Shown: piece by piece, positions 17,875-30,027 of the stretch | How positions within the stretch are numbered: position 1 is the first letter of the stretch | Layout: each line of letters starts with the position of its first letter | NCBI GenBank assembly: GCA_007117005.1 | Contig: SKHK01000138.1 | Location: 1-42,884, forward strand | Reading direction: 5' to 3' | Source: Paracoccaceae bacterium | GTDB taxonomy: Bacteria; Pseudomonadota; Alphaproteobacteria; Rhodobacterales; Rhodobacteraceae | Length of the DNA: 42,884 nt | The notes under the pieces: generated by a model | What the model was told of the DNA's origin: nothing | The model's database searches: none | Seen by the model: the letters and a program-made list of their open reading frames with translations, nothing else | Position numbers and translations under genes: made by a program

Positions 17875-19470
17875 TCAGACCTCGAACCGCATGGGCCGCA
17901 CCTGCCGGAACATGCCGGTATTGCGCAGTGTCTCCACCACTTTCGGATCGATCGCCTGATCCAGATACAGCAGGGCAATCGCATCCTGCCCGGCCGATGA
18001 CCGGCCCAGCGTGAAGTTGGCGATGTTCACGCCGCTTTTCCCCATCGTATTGCCCAGCAACCCGATGATGCCCGGCACATCCTCGTTTGTGGTATAGAGC
18101 ATATGCTCGCCGACCTCGGCGTCGATGGTGATGCCCTTGATCTGGATGAAGCGCGGCTTGCCGTCAGAAAACACCGTACCGGCGACCGAACGTTCGCGCG
18201 AATCGGTGACCACGGTCAGCTTGATATAGCCGTCGAACACCCCGCCCTTGCCCTGCGTGGTGGTGGACAGCTTGATCCCGCGTTCCCGGGCCACGATGGG
18301 CGCCGAGATCATGTTCACATCCGGGTTCGCCGCCTTCATCACACCCGCGATGACGGCGCAATCCAGCGCCTTGAGGTTCATTTCCGCCGCCACGCCGTCA
18401 TAAAGGACATTGATGGCGCGGACCGGCTCGTCCGTCAGTTGGCCCGCGAAATCGCCCAGATGACCGGCCAGCTTGATCCAGGGGCCCATCACCGCGGCCT
18501 CTTCGGCGCTCACCGAAGGCATGTTCAGCGCGTTCGACACCGCGCCCGACAGCAGGTAATCGGCCATCTGTTCGGCCACCTGCAGGGCGACATTCTCCTG
18601 CGCCTCTGATGTCGAGGCGCCCAGATGCGGGGTGCAAACGACATTGGGCATGTTGAAAAGCGGGTTTTCAGTCGCCGGTTCGACCTCGAACACATCCAGC
18701 CCCGCGCCCGCCACATGGCCGGATTTCAGCGCCTCGGCCAGCGCGGCCTCGTCGATCAGCCCGCCGCGGGCACAGTTGACGATGCGCACGCCCTTCTTCG
18801 TCTTGGCCAGGTTCTCGGCCGACAGGATGTTGCGGGTCTTGTCGGTCAGGGGCACGTGCAAGGTGATGAAATCGGCGCGTTTCAGCAGCTCGTCCAGTTC
18901 CACCTTCTGCACGCCCATCGTCTTAGCGCGGTCCTCGCTAAGGAACGGGTCATAGGCCACGACCTTCATGTGCAGGCCCAGCGCCCGGTCGCAGACGATG
19001 CCGCCGATATTGCCGGCCCCGATCACGCCAAGCGTCTTGTTGAACAGCTCCGTGCCCATGAAACGGTTCTTTTCCCACTTGCCGGCATGGGTGGATGCGC
19101 TGGCCTCGGGCAGTTGGCGGGCAACGGCGAACATCATGGCGATGGCATGTTCGGCGGTAGTGACCGAATTGCCGAAGGGCGTGTTCATGACGATCACGCC
19201 GCGTTTGGATGCGGCGGGGATATCGACATTGTCCACCCCGATGCCGGCGCGGCCCACGACCTTCAGCCGGTCGGCCGAGGCGAGCAGCTTTTCGGTGACC
19301 TTGGTGGCCGAGCGGATGGCAAGGCCGTCATACTGACCGATGATTTCGGCGAGCTTTTCCTTGTCCTTGCCGACATCGGGCAGGTAGTCGACATCCACGC
19401 CACGGTCGCGGAAGATCTGGACGGCGGTTTCGGACAGTTTGTCGGATACGAGAACGCGCGGGGCGGCCAT
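17875..19470 (-). CDS. serA: D-3-phosphoglycerate dehydrogenase
   Basis: RSATKV, GRAGIGVDNVD, GVIGAGNIG, NCARGG, TPHLGAST, C-terminal ACT domain; GGAG RBS. Confidence 0.97.
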   Translation of the reverse strand: MAAPRVLVSDKLSETAVQIFRDRGVDVDYLPDVGKDKEKLAEIIGQYDGLAIRSATKVTEKLLASADRLKVVGRAGIGVDNVDIPAASKRGVIVMNTPFGNSVTTAEHAIAMMFAVARQLPEASASTHAGKWEKNRFMGTELFNKTLGVIGAGNIGGIVCDRALGLHMKVVAYDPFLSEDRAKTMGVQKVELDELLKRADFITLHVPLTDKTRNILSAENLAKTKKGVRIVNCARGGLIDEAALAEALKSGHVAGAGLDVFEVEPATENPLFNMPNVVCTPHLGASTSEAQENVALQVAEQMADYLLSGAVSNALNMPSVSAEEAAVMGPWIKLAGHLGDFAGQLTDEPVRAINVLYDGVAAEMNLKALDCAVIAGVMKAANPDVNMISAPIVARERGIKLSTTTQGKGGVFDGYIKLTVVTDSRERSVAGTVFSDGKPRFIQIKGITIDAEVGEHMLYTTNEDVPGIIGLLGNTMGKSGVNIANFTLGRSSAGQDAIALLYLDQAIDPKVVETLRNTGMFRQVRPMRFEV

Positions 19471-19553
19471 GAGAGGCTCCATTCATTGCGTGGGGAAAGG
19501 GGGCGGGAAGGGGCTGCGTGCCCCGTCCCGCGAAAGCTGTGATCAGGCGGCGT

Positions 19554-20711
19554 TTACGCGGCCTGTGCCTGGGCGGCGAGTTCGGCGCGATAGGCCCATT
19601 CGATCCAGGGCATCAGCGCCGCCACATCGGCCGTTTCCACCGTCGATCCGCACCAGATGCGCAGCCCCGGCGGCGCATCGCGGTAGGCGCCGATATCCAG
19701 CGCCACGCCCTCGCCCTCCAGCCGCTTGGCCACCGCCTTGGCAAAGGCTGCGCCGTCGGTAATGCGGGGGTCGGTGAATTTCAGGCAGACCGAGGTGGTC
19801 GAGGCCGTCGCCGGGTCTTCCGCCAGATTGGCGATCCAGTCGCGGCTGGCGCAGAAATCCCACACCGCCTGCGCGTTGGCGTCAGCCCGCGCGATCAGCC
19901 CCTTCAGCCCGCCGATGGATTGCGCCCAGTCAAGCGCCAGCAGATAATCCTCTACCGCCAGCATCGAGGGGGTGTTGATCGTCTCGCCCCTGAAGATGCC
20001 CTCGATCAGCTTGCCGCCCTTGGTCAGGCGAAAGATCTTCGGCATCGGCCAGGCCGGCGTGTAGCTTTCCAGCCGTTCCACGGCGCGTGGCGACAGGATC
20101 AGCATGCCATGTGCGGCCTCGCCACCCATCACCTTCTGCCAGCTGAAAGTCACAACATCCAGCTTGTCCCAGGGCAGGCCCATCGCAAAGGCCGCGCTGG
20201 TGGCGTCGCAGATGGTCAGGCCCGCGCGGTCCGTGGGGATGGCGTCGCCATTCGGAAGCCGCACGCCGGATGTCGTGCCGTTCCAAGTAAAGACGACATC
20301 GCGGTCGAAATCGACCTGCGCCATGTCGACGATCTGCCCATAGGGCGCCTTGCGCACCGTGGCGTCCAGCTTCAGCTGCTTGACGGCATCCGTCACCCAG
20401 CCCTCGCCAAAGCTTTCCCAGGCCAGCATCTCGACCGGGCGCGCACCCAGCAGCGACCACATCGCCATTTCCACAGCGCCGGTGTCCGAGGCCGGCACGA
20501 TGCCGATGCGGTAGTCGGCGGGCACGCCCAGCACATCGCGCGTCTGCTCGATGGCGCGCAGCAGCTTGGCTTTGCCCACGGCAGCACGGTGCGAGCGGCC
20601 CAGCGGCGCGTCGGCAAGCTTGTCCAGCGAAAAGACGGGGGGTTTGGCGCAGGGGCCGGATGAAAAGCGCGGATTGGCCGGCCGCGCGGCCGGGGTCTTT
20701 GCGTCAGTCAT
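19554..20711 (-). CDS. serC: Phosphoserine aminotransferase (alphaproteobacterial/Methanosarcina type)
   Basis: [44 protein letters not shown]-Lys, NTPSML; directly upstream of serA. Confidence 0.95.
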   Translation of the reverse strand: MTDAKTPAARPANPRFSSGPCAKPPVFSLDKLADAPLGRSHRAAVGKAKLLRAIEQTRDVLGVPADYRIGIVPASDTGAVEMAMWSLLGARPVEMLAWESFGEGWVTDAVKQLKLDATVRKAPYGQIVDMAQVDFDRDVVFTWNGTTSGVRLPNGDAIPTDRAGLTICDATSAAFAMGLPWDKLDVVTFSWQKVMGGEAAHGMLILSPRAVERLESYTPAWPMPKIFRLTKGGKLIEGIFRGETINTPSMLAVEDYLLALDWAQSIGGLKGLIARADANAQAVWDFCASRDWIANLAEDPATASTTSVCLKFTDPRITDGAAFAKAVAKRLEGEGVALDIGAYRDAPPGLRIWCGSTVETADVAALMPWIEWAYRAELAAQAQAA

Positions 20712-20758
20712 GCTATCCTTCCAGATAAGCGCCCCTCGTTGGGGAGGGGTGTCCCACT
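20709..20758 (-). ncRNA. serC leader cis-regulatory RNA motif
   Basis: Minus strand reads GUGGGACACCCCUCCCCAACGAGGGGCGCUUAUCUGGAAGGAUAGC-AUG: CCCCUC/GAGGGG stem plus a second stem covering the RBS. Fits the alphaproteobacterial serC leader as I recall it. Confidence 0.8.
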
Positions 20759-20804
20759 GACGCGCTTACGCCAGCGCAGGGCGTCTGGCAAGGGCAAAGA
20801 GCGC

Positions 20805-22286
20805 TCACACCTGCCGGCCGATCGCCCGGGCGATCAGGGCGATGCCCTTGCCGATGCGATCCTCGCTGATCGAACTGTAGGCGATGCGGTAGAAATGCGT
20901 CGGCGCGGCGGGGGCGGCATGAAAGGGGCGCCCGGCTTCGATCAGCACGCTTTCGGCCTGCAAGGCGCGTGCCAGTGCCTCGGTGTCGGTACCCGGCGGC
21001 GCGCGCATCCACAGGCTGGAGCCGCCGCTGTCGGTGCTGCCCGCCACATGCAGCCCGTGTTCCTCTACCGCCGACAACATCGCCCGGCGCCGTGCCTGAA
21101 ACGCCCGCGCGGTGCGGCGCAACAGCGCGTCATAATGGCCCAGTTGCAGGAAATAAGCCGCAGCGCGCTGCAACAGGCCCGGGGGGTGGCGCAGGACCGT
21201 GGCACGCAGCGCGCGGGCCTCCTGGATAAACGGCTCGGGGCCGACCAGAAAGCCCAGGCGCAGCCCCGGAAACAGCGATTTGGAGAAAGAACCCACATGG
21301 ATCACCCGCCCGTCGGTATCCAGCGATTTCAGCGCCGGCAGGGGCGCGCGGTCATGGACGATCTCGAATTCGTAGTCATCCTCGACGATCAGGAAATTGT
21401 CGCGCGCGGCGGCATCCAGCAGCGCCTGGCGCGCGGCCATCGGCATGGTCGCACCGGTGGGGCAATGGTGGCTGGGCGTGCAGAACACCACATCGACGCC
21501 GCCGGGCAGGTCTTCGGGGTTCAAACCGGCAGGCCCCACGGGCACCAGCCGCTGCCGGCAGCGGGTCTGGCGCAAGACGGCGCGCAGGCCTGGATAGCCC
21601 GGTTCCTCTATTGCGGCGATGCGGCGCTGGGTAAGCAGCAGTTGCGCGGCCAGCCACAGCGCGTTCTGCGCACCCAGCGTGACGAGGATCTCCTCTGGCC
21701 GGGCCAGGATGCCGCGCCGGGGCAGGGTGTGGCGGGCGATGTACTCCACCAGGCCCGGGTCGTCGGCCTCGAACCGGTCATCGGTCATGGCGTGAAAATC
21801 CTTCAGCCCCAGCGCCATCAGCGTGCAGCCGCGCCAGTTCTGGTGATCGAACAGCGCCTGATCGGCCTGGCCATAGATGAAGGGATAGCGAAAGCTGCGC
21901 CAGTCACGGGGCTTGCCCGGGCGGCTGAGCGGGCTTGCCTCGCTGCGCGGTTGGCTCAGCGCGCGGTTCCAGTCCACGCTGCTGGCGGTCTCTGGCTGTG
22001 CGCTGCCTTGCGGGAAATCCTGTGGCTGCGGCGCATTGGCCGACACGAAATAACCCGACCGGCCCCGCGGCTCCAGGTAATCATCGGCGACAAGATCGGC
22101 ATAGGCCAGCGTCACCGTGATGCGGCTGCCCCCCAGATGCGCGGCCAGGCGCCGGCTGGAGGGCATGCGCTCGCCCCGCCGCAGGCGCCCGGCCAGGATG
22201 CCCTCTGCCACCATCTGACGGATCTGCGCCTGCAGGGTGCCGGTGGCGCCGGGCCGCCTGAAGAAGATGTCCACCGATATGGCCAT
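20805..22286 (-). CDS. tauR: MocR/GabR-family PLP-dependent transcriptional regulator, TauR-like
   Basis: N-terminal GntR wHTH (MPSSRRLAAHLGGSRITVTLAY) plus aminotransferase-like domain (VEDDYE, GSFSKSLFPGLRLG); divergent from tpa. Confidence 0.82.
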   Translation of the reverse strand: MAISVDIFFRRPGATGTLQAQIRQMVAEGILAGRLRRGERMPSSRRLAAHLGGSRITVTLAYADLVADDYLEPRGRSGYFVSANAPQPQDFPQGSAQPETASSVDWNRALSQPRSEASPLSRPGKPRDWRSFRYPFIYGQADQALFDHQNWRGCTLMALGLKDFHAMTDDRFEADDPGLVEYIARHTLPRRGILARPEEILVTLGAQNALWLAAQLLLTQRRIAAIEEPGYPGLRAVLRQTRCRQRLVPVGPAGLNPEDLPGGVDVVFCTPSHHCPTGATMPMAARQALLDAAARDNFLIVEDDYEFEIVHDRAPLPALKSLDTDGRVIHVGSFSKSLFPGLRLGFLVGPEPFIQEARALRATVLRHPPGLLQRAAAYFLQLGHYDALLRRTARAFQARRRAMLSAVEEHGLHVAGSTDSGGSSLWMRAPPGTDTEALARALQAESVLIEAGRPFHAAPAAPTHFYRIAYSSISEDRIGKGIALIARAIGRQV

Positions 22287-22307
22287 GGTTGCGTGCGCTG
22301 CTGAGAA

Positions 22308-22340
22308 CTGGTCTTAAATCTAGCGCCGTGTTGGGCCTAA
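22308..22340 (+). promoter_or_regulatory. TauR-type direct-repeat operator
   Basis: CTGGTCTTAA (22308-22317) and TTGGGCCTAA (22331-22340), 23-bp period, similar to the CTGGACYTAA repeats bound by Rhodobacter capsulatus TauR. Confidence 0.65.
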
Positions 22341-22446
22341 CGCCAGTGCCGCCGATTCCGCACAGTCGCCTCTGCCCATGCCCGCAGCGGGCTGCTGCGC
22401 CGGTTCATGCCATGACGCCGGCCCCTGAGCAGAAATCGAGGTCATC

Positions 22447-23829
22447 ATGAACATCTCAGCGCCGATCAACGACCTGTCCCCCATCGTTGCCGCCGACCGT
22501 GCCCATGTCTGGCACCATCTGACCCAGCACAAACCGTTCGAGACCATTGACCCCCGCGTGGTGGTCGAGGGCAAGGACCTGCGCGTCTGGGACGCCACCG
22601 GGCGCGAGACGCTGGACGCCGTGTCCGGCGGGGTGTGGACGGTGAATGTGGGCTACGGGCAGGTGTCCATCGCCGATGCGGTGCGCGACCAGTTGGTCAA
22701 GATGAACTTTTTCGCCGGGGCCGTGGGCACCGTGCCCGGCGCGCTGTTCGCGCAGCGGCTGATCGAAAAGATGCCGGGGATGAGCCGGGTCTATTATTCC
22801 AACTCCGGGTCGGAGGCGAACGAGAAGGCCTACAAGATGGTGCGCCAGATCGCTCATCGGCGCCACGGCGGCAACAAGTGGAAGATCCTGTACCGCGAGC
22901 GGGATTACCACGGCACCACCATCGCCGCGCTGGCATCGGGCGGGCAGGAAGAGCGCAAGGCGATGTATGGCCCGTTCCCCGCCGGGTTCATCCCCGTGCC
23001 GCATTGCCTGGAATACCGCAGCCAGTGGGGCGATGTGGCCGATTACGGGGTCCGCGCCGCCAATGCGATTGAAGAGGTGATCCTGCGCGAGGGGCCGGAC
23101 AGCGTGGGCGCGCTGATCCTGGAGCCCGTGACCGCCGGCGGCGGCGTCATCACCCCGCCCGAAGGCTACTGGCCCCGCGTGCAGGAGATCTGCCGCAAGC
23201 ATGACATCCTGCTGATCATCGACGAGGTGGTCTGCGGTGTGGGCCGCACCGGCACCTGGTTCGGGTATCAGAATTACGGCGTGCAGCCGGATATCGTGAC
23301 CATGGCAAAGGGTGTGGCATCCGGCTATGCGGCGATTTCCTGCACCGTGACCACCGAGCGGGTGTTCGAGCTGTTCAAGGACGATGCCGAGGACCCGATG
23401 GGCTATTTCCGGGACATCTCTACCTTCGGCGGCTGCACCGCCGGCCCCGCGGCGGCGCTGGAGAATATGCGCATCATCGAGGACGATGGGCTGCTGGACA
23501 ACTGCCTGACCATGGGCGCGCGGCTGATGGACAACCTGCATGCATTGCAGGAACGGCACGCGGTGATCGGTCAGGTGCGTGGCAAGGGGCTGTTCTGCGG
23601 CGCCGAACTGGTGGCCGACCGGGCAACGAAAGAGGCGCTGCCGGAAAAGCAGGTGGCGGCGGTGGTGGCGGCCACGATGAAGCGGGGTGTGCAGATCGGC
23701 ATGACCAATCGCTCGCTGCCGGGGCTGAACAACACGCTGTGCCTCAGCCCCGCGCTGGTGGCCACGGCCGATCAGATCGACCAGATCACCGATGCCATCG
23801 ACGGCGCGCTGACCGAGGTCTGCGGCTGA
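22447..23829 (+). CDS. tpa: Class III aminotransferase, probable taurine:pyruvate aminotransferase
   Basis: DRAHVWHHLTQHK, DAVSGGVWTVNVGYG, NSGSEANE, DEVVCGVGRTG, TMAKG PLP-Lys, DISTFGGC; resembles roseobacter Tpa; TauR context. Confidence 0.85.
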   Translation: MNISAPINDLSPIVAADRAHVWHHLTQHKPFETIDPRVVVEGKDLRVWDATGRETLDAVSGGVWTVNVGYGQVSIADAVRDQLVKMNFFAGAVGTVPGALFAQRLIEKMPGMSRVYYSNSGSEANEKAYKMVRQIAHRRHGGNKWKILYRERDYHGTTIAALASGGQEERKAMYGPFPAGFIPVPHCLEYRSQWGDVADYGVRAANAIEEVILREGPDSVGALILEPVTAGGGVITPPEGYWPRVQEICRKHDILLIIDEVVCGVGRTGTWFGYQNYGVQPDIVTMAKGVASGYAAISCTVTTERVFELFKDDAEDPMGYFRDISTFGGCTAGPAAALENMRIIEDDGLLDNCLTMGARLMDNLHALQERHAVIGQVRGKGLFCGAELVADRATKEALPEKQVAAVVAATMKRGVQIGMTNRSLPGLNNTLCLSPALVATADQIDQITDAIDGALTEVCG

Positions 23830-23853
23830 TTCGACAGGGTTGAAAGACCGGAT

Positions 23854-23878
23854 GGCGGCGCCCTGCAGGGGTGCTGCC
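23854..23878. terminator. Hairpin between convergent tpa and VOC genes
   Basis: GGCGGCGCCC...GGGTGCTGCC stem with G-U pairs, in the 67-nt convergent gap. Confidence 0.4.
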
Positions 23879-23896
23879 CTTCGGCCCTTTATCCGC

Positions 23897-24340
23897 TTAT
23901 CCGCGCGCCCAAAGCGCCGGATCGGCGAATTCCAGCGAATTGCCCGCCGGGTCCCGGCAATAGATTGACCGCGCACCGTTGGGCCAGGCGAAATCCGCCT
24001 CTATCGCCACCCCTGCGGCGCGCAGGCGGGTGGCCCAGGCGTCCAGTGCATCCGGGTCAGCGGCAAAGCACAGATGACCGGGCCCACGCGCGCCATGCGG
24101 CGGCACCGGCAGAGCGGGGTTTCCCGGCGGCTGTTCCGACGCGGCGGGGCGAAACAGCAACAGCATCCCGTCGCCCAGCCGGAAAAAGACATGCCGCCCC
24201 GGCACTGCCGGCCCCCGTTCCAGCCCGATCACCTGTTCGTAGAAGGCCGCGCAGCGGTCCAGGTCATCGGCGTAAAGCGCCGCTTCCAGCGCGCGGGTCG
24301 GGGGCGGGGCGGCGGGCAGTCGGTCTGGCGGGTTGGTCAT
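23897..24340 (-). CDS. VOC/glyoxalase family protein
   Basis: LEAALYADDL..CAAFYEQVIGL, GHLCF, RSIYCRDPAGNSLEF. Confidence 0.88.
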   Translation of the reverse strand: MTNPPDRLPAAPPPTRALEAALYADDLDRCAAFYEQVIGLERGPAVPGRHVFFRLGDGMLLLFRPAASEQPPGNPALPVPPHGARGPGHLCFAADPDALDAWATRLRAAGVAIEADFAWPNGARSIYCRDPAGNSLEFADPALWARG

Positions 24341-24389
24341 GGCCGCAGCCTGCCCGCAAACCGCCTGCGGCTCAACCCCGGCGTGCCTG

Positions 24390-26702
<2,313 letters not shown>

Positions 26703-26930
26703 GGCGCCAGATTAACGCCCCCGCCCGCCAAGGGGAATCGGCAATCGCAGGCCTGCGTGCAAAGAAATGCAGATGTGGCGCCGCGCGAGGAGGCGGGTTC
26801 ACGCGCGCGGTCCGACCGCAAGGCCATAATTTTGTCCATTTCAGGCGGTATCACTGGAGTTGATCAAAAGCCGATTGCGCTTTGGTGCGGCCGTGAGAGG
26901 CCGCCGCAGCCGGCCATGAAAGGGTATGAC

Positions 26931-27764
26931 ATGCGTATTACACAATTGGCGGTTCTCGGGCTTGGGCTTGGTCTGGCGGGGTTCGGCGTCTATGCCGCGC
27001 AGTCCTATGTTGCGCAGACGCAGGCGGCCATCGCCGCCGCGCAGGCGCAGCGTGGCGATCAGCCGGTGATCGAGACGCGGCAGGTGCTGGTCGCCGCCCG
27101 GCCATTGCGCTACGGCGAGCCGATTACCCCCGACATGGTGCGCGCGGTCGACTGGCCTGTCGATGCCCTGCCCGAAGGCGTGTTTCACGATGTCGCCGCG
27201 CTGATCCCGGATGATGGCCGCCCCCGCGTCGCGCTGCGTGCGATCGAACCCAACGAGCCGCTGATGCAGGTAAAGGTCAGCGAGCCGGGCCAGCAGGCCG
27301 GCATCGCCGCGCGGCTGTCGCCGGGCATGCGGGCGTTTACCATCCGCGTCGATCCGAACAGCGGTGTGTCGGCGTCGATGCGGCCGTCGAATCTGGTCGA
27401 TATCTACTGGAGCGGGCGCGGCCGCGATGGCGAGGTCACGCGCCTGATCAGCAGCAATGTGCGGATCATCGCGCTGGACGAAAACGCCGATCAGGACCGG
27501 GATTTCACCGGGGTTCCGCGCTCGATCACCATCGAGGGCGCGCCAGAGACAGTGGCCACCCTGGCGCAGGGGCAATCCACGGGGCGGCTGTCGGTCTCGG
27601 TCGTCGGGCTGGACGATGTCGGTGACCTGGCGACCTTTGAAATCGACCGCCGCGCCTTGCTTGGGGTAGAGGCCGAGGCCGCGCCCGCCCCCGAGGAACG
27701 CTGCACCGTGCGCACCAGGCGCGGGGGCGAGGTGGTTCACATCGAAATTCCCTGCACCAACTGA
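26931..27764 (+). CDS. cpaB: Flp pilus assembly protein CpaB/RcpC
   Basis: N-terminal TM helix, SAF domain (VLVAARPLRYGEPIT), GMRAFTIRVD, VDIYWSG; first gene of the tad cluster. Confidence 0.9.
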   Translation: MRITQLAVLGLGLGLAGFGVYAAQSYVAQTQAAIAAAQAQRGDQPVIETRQVLVAARPLRYGEPITPDMVRAVDWPVDALPEGVFHDVAALIPDDGRPRVALRAIEPNEPLMQVKVSEPGQQAGIAARLSPGMRAFTIRVDPNSGVSASMRPSNLVDIYWSGRGRDGEVTRLISSNVRIIALDENADQDRDFTGVPRSITIEGAPETVATLAQGQSTGRLSVSVVGLDDVGDLATFEIDRRALLGVEAEAAPAPEERCTVRTRRGGEVVHIEIPCTN

Positions 27765-27985
27765 CCGCGCCACCGGCGGTGGTGTTGCGCGGGCGCCACG
27801 CGGCGCCCGCTGCATATTGCGGCTGCTGCCCGGCGCAGCACCAGAAATGGCCTGGCAGCACAAAAACAACATCAACTTTGCCCTCTAAACATATGATTCT
27901 TGCAAAAAATGAAGTTTGCGGGCATGGTGTGACAATCAAGGGGCCGTCAGATGCCCCGTTTCCGTGATCAAAGAGGCAGGGTCAT

Positions 27986-29401
27986 ATGAAGGCAGGACAG
28001 CTGATTGCCTGCGGGCTGATGGCGCTGGCAGTGGCCGGCTTCTTGGCACCGGGCAGCGTGCAGGCGCAATCGACGCCGCTACGCATCACCAACGGAACCT
28101 TCAGTCAGACGCTGGAAGTGCTGATGAACCGGGCCGTGGTCGTTGAAAGCGAAGTGGCCTTTGCCGAACTTTCCATCGCCAATCCCAGCATCGCCGATAT
28201 CTCGACGCTGTCTGATCGGTCGATCTACGTTCTGGGCAAGGCGCCGGGCCGCACGACCCTGACGATCCTGGCGCCAGATGGCAGTCTGATCTCGAATGTC
28301 GAGGTGCGGGTTACGCCCGATCTGGCCGAGTTCCGTGAACGCCTGCGCCAGATCCTGCCGGGTGAGCCGATCGAGGTGCGCTCGGCAAATGACGGTATCG
28401 TGCTATCGGGCAATGTCTCTTCCATCGCGCGTCTGGACGCAGCGCTGCAACTGGCCGAACGCTATGCCGCCGGGCGGGTATCGAACCTGATGACGGTGGG
28501 CGGCACGCAGCAGGTGATGCTGCGGGTGCGCTTTGCAGAGGTGCAGCGCGGTGTCGCGCGCAACCTGGCGGCCAGTCTGGCCGTCGGCAGCGGCAGTCCT
28601 GCGGGCAGCCTGCTGGGCAGCGGGGCCTTCAATGACGTGAACGCGGCCCGCGCGGCATTGACCGGCAGCCCGGAACCCTCGGCTGCGCCTCGCGCCGGAG
28701 TGATCAGCGGGTCGGTCGGTATCGGCAGCGTGCAGTTCCAGGTGATGCTGGAGGCATTGGAAAGCAACGGCCTGTCGCGCACCCTGTCCGAACCCAGCCT
28801 GACCGCGCTGTCGGGCCAGGAGGCGAGGTTCCTTGCCGGTGGCGAATTCCCGGTGCCGGTGTTGGCAGAAAGCGGGCAGGTAACGATCGAATATCGTCCT
28901 TTTGGCGTGCAGCTGGAATTCACGCCGCGCGTTCTGGATGACAATGTGATCAACCTGGTCATGGATGCCTCGGTCAGTTCCATCGATCCGACCACCCAGG
29001 CGGCCACCGGCGGCGGCGTGCAGATTCCCGCCTTCCGCCGTCGCCAGACATCGACCACGGTGGAACTGCGCGACGGCGAGAGCTTTGCCATTGCCGGCCT
29101 GTTGCAGGATGATTTCCGCGGCAGCACCCGTGCCGTGCCCTGGCTGAGCGAGATTCCGGTTCTGGGGGCGCTGTTTCGCAGCGCCGACTATCAGCGGGAC
29201 CAGAGCGAGTTGATCATCTTTGTCACCGCGCATCTGGTCACCCCCACGCGGGGCGAGGCCCTTATGCTGCCGACCGACCGTGTGCGTTTGCCCAGCGAGC
29301 GTGATCTGTTCCTCTCCGGCCGGCTGGAAGGCGCGACAGGCGCGGCGGCCGAGGTGGGGCGCCAGGACTTTCGCGGCGGCTATGGCTACGTGATGGATTG
29401 A
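27986..29401 (+). CDS. cpaC: Tad pilus secretin CpaC/RcpA
   Basis: Signal peptide, IANPSIAD N-domain, BON-like segment, QQVMLRVRFAEV, LSGQEARFLAGGEFPVP, PWLSEIPVLGALFRS. Confidence 0.93.
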   Translation: MKAGQLIACGLMALAVAGFLAPGSVQAQSTPLRITNGTFSQTLEVLMNRAVVVESEVAFAELSIANPSIADISTLSDRSIYVLGKAPGRTTLTILAPDGSLISNVEVRVTPDLAEFRERLRQILPGEPIEVRSANDGIVLSGNVSSIARLDAALQLAERYAAGRVSNLMTVGGTQQVMLRVRFAEVQRGVARNLAASLAVGSGSPAGSLLGSGAFNDVNAARAALTGSPEPSAAPRAGVISGSVGIGSVQFQVMLEALESNGLSRTLSEPSLTALSGQEARFLAGGEFPVPVLAESGQVTIEYRPFGVQLEFTPRVLDDNVINLVMDASVSSIDPTTQAATGGGVQIPAFRRRQTSTTVELRDGESFAIAGLLQDDFRGSTRAVPWLSEIPVLGALFRSADYQRDQSELIIFVTAHLVTPTRGEALMLPTDRVRLPSERDLFLSGRLEGATGAAAEVGRQDFRGGYGYVMD

Positions 29402-29430
29402 TCGGGCCCGGCCCAGTGAAGGAGCATCCC

Positions 29431-30027
29431 ATGCCGATGACCCGCCGCTTCCTGCTGACAGCTCTTGCCGCCCTGCCTGTTGCGGCCTGTGACCGGCCGT
29501 TGCCCATGGGCGAACAGGGCCTGTCTGACGGTCTGGGCGCGCCGACCGACCACAACCTGCGCGTTCAGACCGGGCAGCTGCCCTATGTCATGAACCTTGG
29601 CGAACGTTTCGCCGAGGAAGTGCCCACCACGGTGAATTTCGCCTTCGACAGCGCAGCGCTGGACGGGCAGGCCAGGGCGATCCTGGACCGGCAGGCCGCC
29701 TGGATGCGGCAGTTCCCCGAATTATCGTTCCGCGTCTTCGGTCACGCCGATCTTGTCGGCGATTCCGCCTACAACCGGCGCCTGGGTCTGCGCAGGGCAC
29801 AGGCCGCCGTGGCCTATCTGCGCCGGCGCGGCGTGGGTCGTGCCCGGCTGGAGGCCGTGGTATCGCTGGGCGACACGCAGCCGCTGATCTTCACGCAGGA
29901 ACGTGAACGCCAGAACCGGCGCGTGGTGACCGAGGTGTCCGGCTTCATGCAGCGCCATCCCACGGTCATGAGCGGCCAGTATGCGGCGATCATCCATCGG
30001 GAATACATCGAAAGCGCCGCGCCCTGA
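29431..30027 (+). CDS. OmpA-family peptidoglycan-binding lipoprotein of the tad cluster
   Basis: GGAG RBS; lipobox VAAC; OmpA_C motifs VNFAFDSA, GHADLVG..YNRRLGLRRAQA, NRRV. Confidence 0.88.
   Translation: MPMTRRFLLTALAALPVAACDRPLPMGEQGLSDGLGAPTDHNLRVQTGQLPYVMNLGERFAEEVPTTVNFAFDSAALDGQARAILDRQAAWMRQFPELSFRVFGHADLVGDSAYNRRLGLRRAQAAVAYLRRRGVGRARLEAVVSLGDTQPLIFTQERERQNRRVVTEVSGFMQRHPTVMSGQYAAIIHREYIESAAP

Noticed and set aside
19503-19531. GC hairpin between serC and serA as an attenuator
   Set aside because: The stem exists but has no convincing U-tract or alternative fold; most likely a generic mRNA-stability hairpin.
26703-26930. CtrA box controlling the tad cluster
   Set aside because: Only a lone TTAAC half-site (~26712); no TTAA-N7-TTAA.
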